NCBI RefSeq assembly: GCF_003918875.1
Contig: NW_025767121.1
Location: 372,001 to 436,000, forward strand
Length of the DNA: 64,000 bases
Source: Haliotis rubra
Lineage: Eukaryota
Reading direction: 5' to 3'
Below are positions 1 through 12,488 of the stretch, piece after piece. Numbering within the stretch: the first letter of the stretch is position 1; every line of letters begins with the position of its first letter. Under the pieces are notes generated by a model. It worked only from the letters and a program-made list of their open reading frames with translations. It did no database searches and was not told where the DNA came from. A program made the translations under genes and the position numbers.

Positions 1-505
1 GGTCCATTCATTTAATTATTACTAGCTTGACTTTCATGGAATCGTTGTCATTGGTCCATTCATATAATTATTACTAGCTTGACTCATTCGTTGTCATGGA
101 TTACTAGCTTGGCTTTCGTTGTAATTGGTCCATTCATTTAATTATCACTAGCTTGACTTTCATGGAATCGTTGTCATTGGTCCATTCATTTAATTATTAC
201 TAGCTTGACTTTCATGGAATCGTTGTCATTGGTCCATTCATTTAATTATCACTAGCTTGACTTTCATGGAATCGTTGTCATTTTAATTATTGGTCCATTC
301 ATTTAATTATTACTAAGCTTGACTTACTAGCTTGACTTTCATGGAATCATTGTCATTGGTCCATTCATTTAATTATCACTAGCTTGACTTTCATGGAATC
401 GTTTTAACCGGTCCATTCATTTAATTATTACTAGCTTGACTTTCATGGAATCGTTGTCATTGGTCCATTCATTTAATTATCACTAGCTTGGTTTTCATGG
501 ACTCG
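1..505. repeat. 52-bp minisatellite, about 9-10 copies, truncated by the window start
   Basis: Unit ggtccattcatttaattattactagcttgactttcatggaatcgttgtcatt recurs (1, 53, ...) with some rearranged copies. Confidence 0.95.
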
Positions 506-549
506 TATTTGGAAGGTAGTAGGATGATTTTAATACAGCTTTTAGATTT

Positions 550-737
550 AACATATGTTATATTTGGGATTACACTTTCTTAGTAAAGTACAAATTCTAG
601 TACTTTTTGAGTTGAGGCACATCCGGGATTCGAACTCCCTCAGAGTCAGGCACCTAATCGCCAGCACACAAAGTCAGCCGCCTAACCCGCTCAGCTACCG
701 CGACTTCCACAAAATGGAAGTCGGACAACTGGTAGTC
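550..737 (-). mobile_element. Half copy of the tRNA-headed foldback element (family also at 28407-28719 and 62322-62618)
   Basis: Shares the arm aacatatgttatatttgggattacactttcttagtaaagtacaaattctagtac. The minus strand has box A-like tagctgagcgg and box B-like gttcgaatccc. Confidence 0.75.
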
Positions 738-787
738 TAGACTGCGGGCTTTGTGTACCCCTCTGATAAGTGTTAATGTTAGATTGT

Positions 788-1284
788 GGGGTGTGGTGGG
801 CGAACTGGCTAAGGCGCTAGCCTAGTGATCCAGCGAGCTTGAGGTGACGGGATCGGGCCCACCTGTGACCGGGTGTAAAAAACCTTGGAGTCACCTCTGT
901 GTGCAGACTCTTTCAGTGTTGTCACAACCCCTAGTGTACAGTACACAACCCTGTGCACTTAAAAGAACCCACGAATCCGTTGGTATATGACCAGATGGTG
1001 GCCACATCAATACGTGCAAACACCTAGTTTCGGGTACAGCAACATGCAGTGACTATGTGTCCCAGTCCACTAAGCTGTGAATGGGTACTTCGTAAGGATC
1101 GGAAAGCCACACTAACTCGGTGCGCCTAGTGGCTGCAAGAGTTGTATGATCCCCATGGAGTAGAGATTGATAATACGACGTGCCGTTGAGATTGACATCC
1201 AGTGATAGAGGGAAAAAACAAAGCGCCTTTGAGCAGCTGAGCTGGATATCGGCGCTATACAAATGTTAGAAGAAAGAAGAAAGA
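788..1284 (+). mobile_element. tRNA-derived SINE with Deu/Nin-like domain and L2-type tail (family D)
   Basis: tRNA-like head, gtccac..agctgtgaatgggtac core, tail gcgctatacaaat plus simple repeat. A near-identical copy lies at 59971-60470. Confidence 0.85.
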
Positions 1285-1482
1285 TTCCTAAAACAGAGCA
1301 ACCCTATCTCAGTGTCTCATCTCATCTGTCTACCAGCGTCCTGCTAGTGGGTTAATTAGACAAAGAACTTAGTGTCTATTAGCTGCCATTTTGACATTAC
1401 ACTATCGTGGGAGCAACAATTACATGGTAGCGATTACATTTTGTGTGTAGCAGGTGTTACAGGTGAGGCAAGATATACTTAC

Positions 1483-1678
1483 CCGTTGGTATCATCACTG
1501 ATGTTCACTGATCCATCTATATAATTTCCACCGGGCGCAATGGAATCTATTTCTGCTTTGAATCGAGACTGGTTAATGTCTGGCGTTGACGTAAAAGGCG
1601 GCCAATAGATTCACGAAAAACTGTGTGACATCATTACAGCATCAATGGACTCATCCGAGACACATTGTCGTTCGTAAG
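1483..1678 (-). other. Candidate 196-bp exon or pseudo-exon with one in-frame TGA
   Basis: Acceptor tttcatctattttag and donor G|GTAAGT. The frame reads YERQCVSDESIDAVMMSHSFS*IYWPPFTSTPDINQSRFKAEIDSIAPGGNYIDGSVNISDDTN. No family recognised. Confidence 0.35.
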
Positions 1679-1781
1679 CTAAAATAGATGAAACACTACA
1701 TTTCTTCCAATCAAAAACAATATCAATATATTCCTGCGCTTTGACGCGTTAACGGTTTCAGAATGGTTTCCACTATCACCA

Positions 1782-1957
1782 GGGGCGGTGGGGTAGCCTG
1801 GTGGTTAAAGCGTCCGCTCGTCACGCCGAAGTCCCGGGTTCGAATCCCCACATGGGCACAATGTGTGAAGCCCATTTCTGTCGACCCCCGCCGTGATATT
1901 GCTGGAATATTGCTAAAAGCGGCGTAAAACCATACTCACTCACTCACTCACTCACTC
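1782..1957 (+). mobile_element. tRNA(Asp-like)-derived short SINE (family A), full length
   Basis: Box A tagcctggtgg, gtcacgc, box B ggttcgaatccc, tail gctggaatattgctaaaagcggcgtaaaac+(actc)n. Flanking duplication tatcacca. Confidence 0.92.
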
Positions 1958-2464
1958 CAATATCACCAAAATCTGCATAGCTGTTTCTAGACTCGGAATG
2001 ATTATAGAAAATGTAAAAGGTGATGTGTATGAGCACTCGTTGGAAAACAATACTTCATAATAGTAATTAAATAATGTTTTAACAACTGAAACAAATAGCC
2101 CTCGGATCATTCAAACTGAACCGAGTATTCAGTAAATTGCATTAAACACAACAGAACTGGAGATAAAAAGCAGTGCAGGCACTCTCTTCACACTAACAGG
2201 AAGGCAGGGCATGGACATGCTTGTAAATTATGGAACATGGTGTAGCTGTATAAAAATGTCATCTATTTTGATTCCGTCTAGGCTTTGATGTTCAAATACG
2301 AGCTCTCCGTCTCAACCAGAATTAGGTTCTATATCACATGCTTGAAGCAACGGCGAGGGCATGAACACATATTGGTTTTTTAAATACTTATTTGGCTACT
2401 ACAGTACACCAAATGAATAATTTGAGAAACCGAAATTCAACTATTTTCATTTTGGTAAATTCAG

Positions 2465-2729
2465 AACGTATCGATTTTACTCGGCGTCAGGTGAGACATA
2501 CCTCACAGGCTGGCATAACACGTTCACGAAATCAATCCGAATTTGTGAAAATCAATATCTTGTTTCTGACTCCTGTGGTTTGAGGGGGAAAACTCGTCCA
2601 CATGTCTGTGGGGGTCGTTTTATTTCTTTCAGGTATTTTAACGACCTCAACACGCGTCTCAACCCGCTTAGACCAACATCCATTGTAAATCAAACAGAGA
2701 CGACCGTGGCTTATAGTTCAACACTGCAG
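2465..2729 (+). other. Two candidate phase-compatible small exons (2465-2490, 2633-2729)
   Basis: Both have pyrimidine-rich AG acceptors and CAG|GTGAGA donors. The spliced frame is open: NVSILLGVRYFNDLNTRLNPLRPTSIVNQTETTVAYSSTLQ. A degenerate paralog lies at about 9720-9940. Confidence 0.35.
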
Positions 2730-2981
2730 GTGAGATGGAACAGAGCATGTAGCGCTGTGAGTGCATCTCTTTTGTTGCACTCCCGAGGTCATTAGTTCTC
2801 GTCGCTCGTGGTTGAAATAATAAAATTTTAATTTAAATTTTAACTCACTCACTCACCCAGATCATGCAGTATACAAGACCGTTATTTATAAGAATTCAGT
2901 TGGAAAAAAAGTTCATGTCGACATGACCCGGGTCAAACTGGTGATTATAAGGTTCTCTTTGCTAGCCAGACTCACAGCTGA

Positions 2982-3146
2982 GGAGGCAGTGGGATAGCCT
3001 AGTGGTTAAAGCGATCGCTCGTCACGCCGGAGAACCGGGTTCGATTCCCACATGCGTACAATATGTAACGCCAATTTCTGGTGTCTCCCGTCGCGATATT
3101 GCTGGAATACTGCTAAAAGCGGCATAAAACTAAACTCACTCACTCA
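2982..3146 (+). mobile_element. SINE family A
   Basis: Full-length match to 1782-1957. Confidence 0.9.
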
Positions 3147-4082
3147 CACCATATTAATATCCTTTTTCTACAGTCACGTGATTCCGACATACACGTGCAG
3201 ATTGGACTGACGAAATGGTGGACGCACGGGAACGCCTGCTCCCGCGTCACAACACGGTGCATGTATAACAACCATTGTCCAACATAGCACAAAACGGTAC
3301 ATACATAATAAAACTTACTCCTGATGTCACGAAACGGTGAAGCATTACAACACTTACCCTGGATAGCACGAAATGATGCACGTATAAATAAGTTGTCATC
3401 CATAAATTTGTATGTTTCATTTTTGAGTCACCAACTTATAGAATGCCCATCAAACAAATACGTATAAATACGGTTCATGCTTAACAAAGCCTAAGCCAGA
3501 TATCACGAAATGGTGAAGCATACATAACAAAACATACTCCTGATGTCACGAAACGGTGCATACAGAATGCCACACACTTACTAACAAACGAAACTAATTA
3601 AATGGTGCCACATGTTAAGTGTCAAGGTTTAAACATTGTACTTGTGTGTTTTATGGCAGTTTGTATAACGAAATGAAAATTTATGCACCCCAAATATTCT
3701 GCTGGGAACGTGTATGTACTTAAAGATGACTGTATTTTTTCGAAAGCCATGCAGATGAACAGAGGATTTTAGCTGTTGACGGAGTGGGTGTCTTATCAGT
3801 CGGTTAAGTCCTCCCGATAGGAGGTTTGTGTTGTCTCAGCATTAGAAGTAATCTCTTATATTGATTCGTTGCTAACTGTCAACGTATTACGTTGATTAGT
3901 TGCATGCTTGAACGTTCATATGTATCCCCATAACGACGAGCGCCGAGCAAGGAAAGAAGAAGTACCATCTGTTAGCGTCGTTTGGTATCAATTTGGCTGA
4001 GGATCGAACTGACAACTGTCTTTCAAAGTTTGGAAAATGATCTGGATTAATCGAAATAGCATCCGTTCAACAAAACCATGAC

Positions 4083-4238
4083 CGGTGGGGTAGTCTGGTG
4101 GTTAAAGCGTTACCTCGAAACACCGAAGTCCTGGGTTCGATTCCCCACATTGGTACAATGTGTGAAACCAATGTCTGGTGACCCCAGCCATGATATTTCT
4201 GAAATATTGCTAAACACGGCCTAAAACTAAACTCACTC
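4083..4238 (+). mobile_element. SINE family A, diverged
   Basis: Head, box B and tail align to family A. Confidence 0.85.
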
Positions 4239-4543
4239 CTCCCTTCGCTACACCATACCACGAAAGCCAGCCAAACGCAAGCAGTTTATTTAGAAACTCT
4301 TTAATACCATTTGGAGGACCATCCACGACTAGTGAGTCAGTCAATCGCAGGTACTGTATCTGGCGACCTGTTGGTATATATAGAAGTGAGATGACCATCT
4401 ACCACTAAATCACGACAACCAATTGAGCGTAATTACTTTTACTGGTAACCTGTTAGTACTGGGTACTGGGGCGACCACCCACCACTACACTACATCAAGC
4501 AATACAAGGCGGCAAGACCAGCATCACCACTTAACGTCAACCA

Positions 4544-4645
4544 CCCCACATGGGTACAATGTATGAAGTCCATTTCTGGTGTTCCCCGCCGTGATATTAC
4601 TGGAATATTGCAAAAAGCGGCGTAAAAACCTAACTCACTCACTCA
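4544..4645 (+). mobile_element. 5'-truncated SINE family A
   Basis: 3' half only, flanked by the direct repeat taacgtcaacca. Confidence 0.85.
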
Positions 4646-4699
4646 ATAACGTCAACCAATCAAGCACAAGTTCTTCTTATTTCACCTGTTTTACTGGGT

Positions 4700-7510
4700 A
4701 GTGAGACGACCATCTAATCAGCATCAACCTATCAAGCACAATTTCGTCTTCTTGTGACCTGTTTTGATAGCAGGTAGTAAGACGACCATCCACCACTACA
4801 CAGCCTCAACCTATCAAGCACAAGTTATTCATCTAGCGACCTGTTGATAGCAGGTAGTAAGACGACCATCCACCACTACACAGCCTCAACCAATCAAGCA
4901 CAAGTTATTCATCTGGTGACCTGTCGATAGCAGGTAGTAAGACGACCATCCACCACTACACAGCCTCAACCAATCAAGCACAAGTTATTCATCTGGTGAC
5001 CTGTCGATAGCAGGTAGTAAGACGACCATCCACCACTACACAGCCTCAACCAATCAAGCACAAGTTATTCATCTGGTGACCTGTTGATAGCAGGTAGTAA
5101 GACGACCATCCACCACTACACAGCCTCAACCAATCAAGCACAAGTTATTCATCTAGCGACCTGTTGATAGCAGGTAGTAAGACGACCATCCACCACTATA
5201 CAGCATCAACCAATCAAGCACAAGTTATTCATCTAGCGACCTGTCGATAGCAGGTAGTAAGACGACCATCCACCACTATACAGCCTCAACCAATCAAGCA
5301 CAAGTTATTCATCTGGTGACCTGTCGATAGCAGGTAGTAAGACGACCATCCACCACTACACAGCCTCAACCAATCAAGCGCAAGTTATTCATCTAGCGAC
5401 CTGTTGATAGTAGGTGGTAAGACGACCATCCACCACTACACAGCCTCAACCAATCAAGCACAAGTTATTCATCTAGTGACCTGTTGTTAGCAGGTAGTAA
5501 GACGACCATCCACCACTACACAGCATCAACCAATCAAGCACAAGTTATTCATCTAGCGACCTGTTGATAGCAGGTAGTAAGACGACCATCCTTCACTACA
5601 CAGCCTCAACCAATCAAGCACAAGTTATTCATCCAGCGACCTGTTGATAGCAGGTAGTAAGACGACCATCCACCACTACACAGCCTCAACCAATCAAGCA
5701 CAAGTTATTCATCTAGCGACCTGTTGATAGTAGGTGGTAAGACGACCATCCACCACTACACAGCCTCAACCAATCAAGCACAAGTAATTCATCTAGCGAC
5801 CTGTTGATAGCAGGTAGTAAGACGACCATCCACCACTACACAGCCTCAACCAATCAAGCACAAGTTATTCATCTAGCGACCTGTTGATAGCAGGTAGTAA
5901 GACGACCATCCACCACTACACAGCCTCAACCAATCAAGCACAAGTAATTCATCTAGCGACCTGTTGATAGCAGGTAGTAAGACGACCATCCACCACTACA
6001 CAGCCTCAACCAATCAAGCACAAGTTATTCATCTAGCGACCTGTTGATAGCAGGTAGTAAGACGACCATCCACCACTACACAGCCTCAACCAATCAAGCA
6101 CAAGTAATTCATCTAGCGACCTGTTGATAGCAGGTAGTAAGACGACCATCCACCACTACATAGCCTCAACCAATCAAGCACAAGTTATTCATCTAGCGAC
6201 CTGTTGATAGCAGGTAGTAAGACGACCATCCACCACTACACAGCCTCAACCAATCAAGCACTGGCGACCTGTTCTCCATCCACCCACTGGTGACCTGTTG
6301 ACCTGTTGATAGTGGTAGTAAGACGACCATCCACCACTACACAGCCTCAACCAATCAAGCACAAGTTCTTCATCTGGCGACCTGTTGATGGCGGGTAGTA
6401 AGACGACCATCCACCACTACACAGCCTCAACCAATCAAGCACAAGTAATTCATCTAGCGACCTGTTGATAGCAGGTAGTAAGACGACCATCCACCACTAC
6501 ACAGCCTCAACCAATCAAGCACAAGTTATTCATCTGGTGACCTGTTGATAGCAGGTAGTAAGACGACCATCCACCACTACACAGCCTCAACCTATCAAGC
6601 ACAAGTTATTCATCTAGCGACCTGTTGATAGCAGGTAGTAAGACGACCATCCACCACTACACAGCCTCAACCAATCAAGCACAAGTTATTCATCTGGTGA
6701 ACTGTTGATAGCAGGTAGTAAGACGACCATCCACCACTACGCCGCATCAACCTATCAAGCACAAGTTATTCATCTAGCGACCTGTTGATAGCAGGTAGTA
6801 AGACGACCATCCACCACTACACAGCCTCAACCAATCAAGCACAAGTTATTCATCTGGTGACCTGTTGATAGCAGGTAGTAAGACGACCATCCACCACTAC
6901 ACAGCCTCAACCTATCAAGCACAAGTTATTCATCTAGCGACCTGTTGATAGCAGGTAGTAAGACGACCATCCACCACTACACAGCCTCAACCAATCAAGC
7001 ACAAGTTCTCCATCTGGTGACCTGTTGATAGTAGGTAGTAAGACGACCATCCACCACTACACAGCCTCAACCAATCAAGCACAAGTTCTCCATCTGGTGA
7101 CCTGTTGATAGTAGGTAGTAAGACGACCATCCACCACTACACAGCCTCAACCAATCAAGCACAAGTTCTCCATCTGGTGACCTGTTGATGGCAGGTAGTA
7201 AGACGACCATCCACCACTATACAGCATCAACCAATCAAGCACAAGTTATTCATCTAGTGTCCTGTTGAAAGCAGGTAGTAAGACGACCATCCACCACTAC
7301 ACAGCCTCAACCTATCAAGCACAAGTTATTCATCTAGTGTCCTGTTGAAAGCAGGTAGTAAGACGACCATCCACCACTACACAGCCTCAACCTATCAAGC
7401 ACAAGTTATTCATCTAGTGACCTGTTGAAAGCAGGTAGTAAGACGACCATCCACCACTACAAAACCTCAACCTATCAATCACAAGTTCTCCATCTGTTGA
7501 CCTGTTGTTG
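4700..7510. repeat. 80-bp tandem satellite array, about 35 copies
   Basis: Unit gacgaccatccaccactacacagcctcaaccaatcaagcacaagttattcatctagcgacctgttgatagcaggtagtaa recurs at 80-bp spacing (4781, 4861, ...). Interrupted at about 6261-6310; degenerate units at about 4310-4740. Confidence 0.97.
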
Positions 7511-8239
7511 GCACCACTAAACAATTCCACAATAAGTTGATTGTTTTTTCGTTTAACCACCCTATCCCGTTAGTAACTTTCTACGACAAGCATTGATTGC
7601 TGAGGACAAATTCTAACCCGGATCTTCACAGGTCTTATTTCATGGATCTACTGAGAATTCTCCCAGTCTCCCAGACTTAATAAATAATACAGAGCTATAT
7701 TTAAACCCTAGCCCTGCTTAGTTGTGTTTTCTCCATGGTTCGTGTCTCGGACAACCTAATATACGTGCCTGATCACCGCAATATACACCCCAACCGTCCG
7801 CACATCTCAAGATGCAGTCCAAGAAATCAGCACCAGAACATAAGGATTTAATTGGGATCGTCTTCATTGTTCAACCAACAATACATTAATTATTTCTTCC
7901 CAGGGGGACTAAAAGCGCTTAAAGAACCATATAAAACCCAAAGACTACGTCACCAGCACTGAATTCCGGGTGATCAAGTTTGCATAATCTTGAAGAAGGG
8001 AGATATCATTGTCTAATGTATTTACAGGATGAATGCGCCCAGACGTGAAGGAATATGAAACTAAAAGCCTATTTCCTTCTGGCTGCAATCATAAAACTGC
8101 ACTCAACTATCTATACATGTTAGATCCTCGTTGCCCACTTTTGTACGGTCCCCCGCCGTTATATTGCTGGGATGTTGCTAAAAGCGGCATTAAACCATAC
8201 TCACTTACTCACATCTCTGCATATACAAGCGAGTCCGTA

Positions 8240-8775
8240 TTTTTTCCGCGCGTCCGGTAATTCTGCCGGAATTGTCTGCTATCACATTTACGCACGAAAT
8301 CGGACATTTCTACAAGGGACTGGCTTTTAATCACTAAAGGTAAGTAAATAACAGTAATTTACGGATAAATTGACAGTTTTATGAAAATTCGTTTTATTCA
8401 GACTTTTAAACCTGTTTCTTCATTATTCATACTTGAATTTAATATGAAACCCTCTTCCATACATTGATAAGTGATTTTTGAAAATAATCTGGCCCTAATA
8501 CGCTTCCATACTTCGGATCTCCAGCTGGATGCTATGCGCATCAGTTGCTGCGCAGAATTACCGGACAGCAAGCGATGTCGTCAGAACGCCGGTAAGGTCA
8601 ACCGTATGGCATAATGCAACGTTAGAATCTTATAGTCGTTAATAAAACTTATATTTCTAGGTAAATATGATGCATACCAGCATGTTTAGTCACGTAAACC
8701 ACACAAAAAGGGGATATTAGTGCCGTGTTGCGATCGATGTGCTTAGGTGCGCGGAGTTACCGGACGACATTGTAT
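8240..8775. mobile_element. Possible MITE with sub-terminal inverted repeats
   Basis: gtccggtaattctgc (about 8251) is inverted against gcagaattaccggac (about 8552) and gcggagttaccggacg (about 8750). Ends are not resolved. Confidence 0.35.
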
Positions 8776-10079
8776 TGCTTAGAAGAAGTCGAAGAACACC
8801 CGGTTGTGCCACAACATGACAGATTAACTATAGAAACATGTAAGAAACATGTCATTTAACTTCCCCTAAATAGTATTATGGCTTGCAAAACGGGATGCAG
8901 TTGCGATGGTCGGAATATTAATGTAACAGTTCTTGGATGTTTATTAAGACTGTAATTTGGTGCCACCGTCTATTATACCATACGATTTGGAAAAAAACTG
9001 GGGCTTTGAAAACTTAATTTTGTTTAAAAACCTGACTTTCATAAGAAAATTGCTTACAGTAAAAACGAACCCGCACACCCCTATGTATGTTGAACATTTG
9101 AAGTGGAAGAAAACCAGGATATATTAAAATTTTCTGAAAAAGTTTGACCTACTGGGCAAATCCTTTAGATGAAAGAAAAAACAAAAGGTTTTTGTCTCAT
9201 GTGCATAATTCACCTGGGTTTTGTCGTAGAAATATTCATGAGTAAGTAAACTAACAGCACTGAAACTATCAGAGCCGACCCTGTGTAATGTTACAGACGC
9301 GGCGGCCGCAGGAGGAGGCTGCATTGCAGAATTCTGAAATATTCAAGCAAATATCATCGTACACAAGATGAACCAAACAAACAGGAACCACCTAAAATCA
9401 ATTACCTTTGCCATTAAACACACGCTAACACCATCCAGTGAAAATCTTTTTAGAGTTGGTCTTCAACAACCCATGCTTGTTGTAGGAGGCAACAAAAAGG
9501 GTTGGGTGGGCCCGCTTAATTGGTAGATGCATGTTACCGTATCCCAATATGGTTAATCGACAGTCCTGACGTGAATCACTGGGCTATCTGGTCCTGGCAT
9601 GTACATTACCACACCGCCGTCACAAACCTGGAACATTGCTGTGTAGGGCATTGAACGCCCAACAAAACAGGTTCACATCTTTTACACACCTCAAAGATTA
9701 ACAGCCTTAACGTGTTGAAAAAACGTGTTCGTGAAATCAATCAGTATTGCCAAAATCAATACTTCGTTTCTGTCTCGTGTGTTCAATGGGGAAATCTTCC
9801 ACATGTCTGTAGGGGTTGTTTAATTTTTTTCTCTCCTGTTTTTGAACGACAACAGCACGCATCTCGTACCTCCTGGAACAACGCCCACTGAAAGTTAAAC
9901 ACGGATGAATGTTGCTTATAGTTCAGCTCCACAGATGAGAAAACAGTTTAAAATTTCTTTTGCTGCATTCGTTAAATCGTTACCGTTGCTTCATTTGCGA
10001 ATTAATGGTGTTCGAAAACAAGGCGTATGTTGACATGCCCTGCAGCAAATTAGGGTTGACATATTTCACCGTAGATGCA

Positions 10080-10307
10080 CCCGTGAAGATCCGGATTAAA
10101 GTTGGTCTACAGTAACCCATGGTTGACGTTAAGAGGCGACTAACGGGATCGGGTGGTCAGGCTGGCTGAATGTGATGCGATCCCAAATGCGTAGATCGAT
10201 GCTCATGATGTTGATTCACTGGATTGTCTGGTCCAGACTCGATTACTAAGATCGCGGTCATTTGCCGGACTATTGCTGAACGCGGAGTTTGAACAACAAA
10301 AAAACAA
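10080..10307 (+). mobile_element. V-domain SINE (family B)
   Basis: aacccatg..gtaagaggcgactaa V-like core and gatcgatgctcat..ggattgtctggtccagactcga body. An older copy lies at about 9450-9667. Confidence 0.8.
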
Positions 10308-10442
10308 ACTTAATGATGTTCCAAATGCTCCAAGATTATTATTCCGGTTTCCATTAAAAATAAAGCTCATGTTGACATGCCCTGCAGCAAACAAAGGTAA
10401 AACTATTTTACTGTCCTTGCAAGGGATGGTGTTTACATCATT

Positions 10443-11511
10443 NNNNNNNNNNNNNNNNNNNNNNNNNNNNNNNNNNNNNNNNNNNNNNNNNNNNNNNNNN
10501 NNNNNNNNNNNNNNNNNNNNNNNNNNNNNNNNNNNNNNNNNNNNNNNNNNNNNNNNNNNNNNNNNNNNNNNNNNNNNNNNNNNNNNNNNNNNNNNNNNNN
10601 NNNNNNNNNNNNNNNNNNNNNNNNNNNNNNNNNNNNNNNNNNNNNNNNNNNNNNNNNNNNNNNNNNNNNNNNNNNNNNNNNNNNNNNNNNNNNNNNNNNN
10701 NNNNNNNNNNNNNNNNNNNNNNNNNNNNNNNNNNNNNNNNNNNNNNTAGNNNNNNNNNNNNNNNNNNNNNNNNNNNNNNNNNNNNNNNNNNNNNNNNNNN
10801 NNNNNNNNNNNNNNNNNNNNNNNNNNNNNNNNNNNNNNNNNNNNNNNNNNNNNNNNNNNNNNNNNNNNNNNNNNNNNNNNNNNNNNNNNNNNNNNNNNNN
10901 NNNNNNNNNNNNNNNNNNNNNNNNNNNNNNNNNNNNNNNNNNNNNNNNNNNNNNNNNNNNNNNNNNNNNNNNNNNNNNNNNNNNNNNNNNNNNNNNNNNN
11001 NNNNNNNNNNNNNNNNNNNNNNNNNNNNNNNNNNNNNNNNNNNNNNNNNNNNNNNNNNNNNNNNNNNNNNNNNNNNNNNNNNNNNNNNNNNNNNNNNNNN
11101 NNNNNNNNNNNNNNNNNNNNNNNNNNNNNNNNNNNNNNNNNNNNNNNNNNNNNNNNNNNNNNNNNNNNNNNNNNNNNNNNTAGAGTGTAGTGTAGCGTAG
11201 CGTAGCCGAAGTGTAGTGTAGTGTAGTGTAGTGTGGTGTAGTGTAGTGTAGTGTAGTGTAGTGTAGTGTAGTGAAGTATAGTGTAGTGTAGTGTAGTGTA
11301 GTGTAGAGTGTAGTGTAGTGTAGAGTGTAGTGTAGCGTAGCGTAGCGTAGCGAAGTGTAGNNNNNNNNNNNNNNNNNNNNNNNNNNNNNNNNNNNNNNNN
11401 NNNNNNNNNNNNNNNNNNNNNNNNNNNNNNNNNNNNNNNNNNNNNNNNNNNNNNNNNNNNNNNNNNNNNNNNNNNNNNNNNNNNNNNNNNNNNNNNNNNN
11501 NNNNNNNNNNN
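10443..11511. other. Assembly gaps (N runs 10443-11180 and 11361-11511)
   Basis: Runs of n, with a 3-base island at 10747-10749. Confidence 1.
11181..11360. repeat. (GTGTA)n pentanucleotide microsatellite
   Basis: Seen directly between the gaps; probably the cause of the gaps. Confidence 0.97.
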
Positions 11512-12242
11512 ACCGAACAGCTACATCTGTTTATCGTAAGTTGCCATGGACGGACGGACTTAGGTGGTCATGCTCACTAACGTGCTTGACGCATGTTGTA
11601 TCCCATTTACGTAGACAGAAGCTGATGACTTCAATCACTGGATTGTATAGTATAGGCGTAACAGTGCTGATTTTGGTGATCCGATATTGATCGCAGTTGA
11701 ACTCAGCCGTTTCCATCTGGACCAGTTCTTTCTCTTAGTGTCGTTTAAACGTGGGTGATCAATTTAGAACTAGACTAGGACTCTTTTGATATCGTGTGGG
11801 TGGAAATTAACAGAGGCTTTTAGCTGTTGACATTTTGGGGTGAGTGATCGGTCTACTACACCGGCAAGACAGATACCTTGTTTTGTTTCAGAATGAAAAG
11901 TAATCGCTCGTTTCTTTTACTTTTAAGCTGAAGATCAGTTGTCTGAGATCGGTTGTGTGTCTACACGAAAGTCGAAATACGGGAGATGTCTTACACGGGT
12001 CGATGCAGCATTTAAACGCAAGGGCTCTAATAATTTGTGTTGTTTAATAATAATGATCATATAATGGTTAATAACGACAATATAATGGATCTATGCCATC
12101 AGAAAAAATATGGTATCGACTTTGACAACCATACAATTAGGGTCATCGAACTGGAACTAGTTTGAATAGCCTCCGTATATACATGTATATGCCATAAGAA
12201 AATGATGTATTGCTGCATTGCCAATAGGTATTCAATAAGCTG

Positions 12243-12488
12243 ACCCGTCAAAATCCGGGTTAGAATTGATCTTCAGTAACCCATGCTTGTCGTAAGAGGC
12301 GACTAAAGGGATCGGGTGGTGACTCTCGCTGACGTGTTTGACACATGTCATCGGTTCCCAATTGCGTAGATTGATGCTCATGTTGTTGATTACTGGATTG
12401 ACTGGTCCAGATTCGATTATTTACAGACCCTTGCCATACAGCTGGAATATTACTAAGTGCGGCGTAAAACTAAACTCACTCATTCACT
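12243..12488 (+). mobile_element. V-domain SINE (family B)
   Basis: atccgggttagaattgatcttcagtaacccatgcttgtcgtaagaggcgactaa through gctggaatatt..cggcgtaaaac and (actc)n. Confidence 0.9.

Noticed and set aside
555-740. Recurrent short ORFs (MLYLGLHFLSK.., MLMLLITGLSGPDS..) as a peptide family
   Set aside because: They recur only because they lie inside repeat copies, and their frames are not conserved among copies.
1483-1678. Assignment to vitelline-envelope ZP-N (VERL-like) proteins
   Set aside because: There is only a recalled resemblance of two short words (CxxDESI, YWxPF), with the wrong spacing; it cannot be supported without a search.
1782-1860. Functional tRNA genes (here and at other SINE heads)
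   Set aside because: The acceptor stems do not close, and each head runs into a SINE body with a tail and often a TSD.
4700-7510. CRISPR array
   Set aside because: The units are contiguous near-identical 80-mers with no unique spacers, there are no cas genes, and the context is eukaryotic. The same applies to the 48-, 52- and 20-bp arrays.
10273-10749. 158-aa ORF
   Set aside because: Artefact of reading through the N gap.
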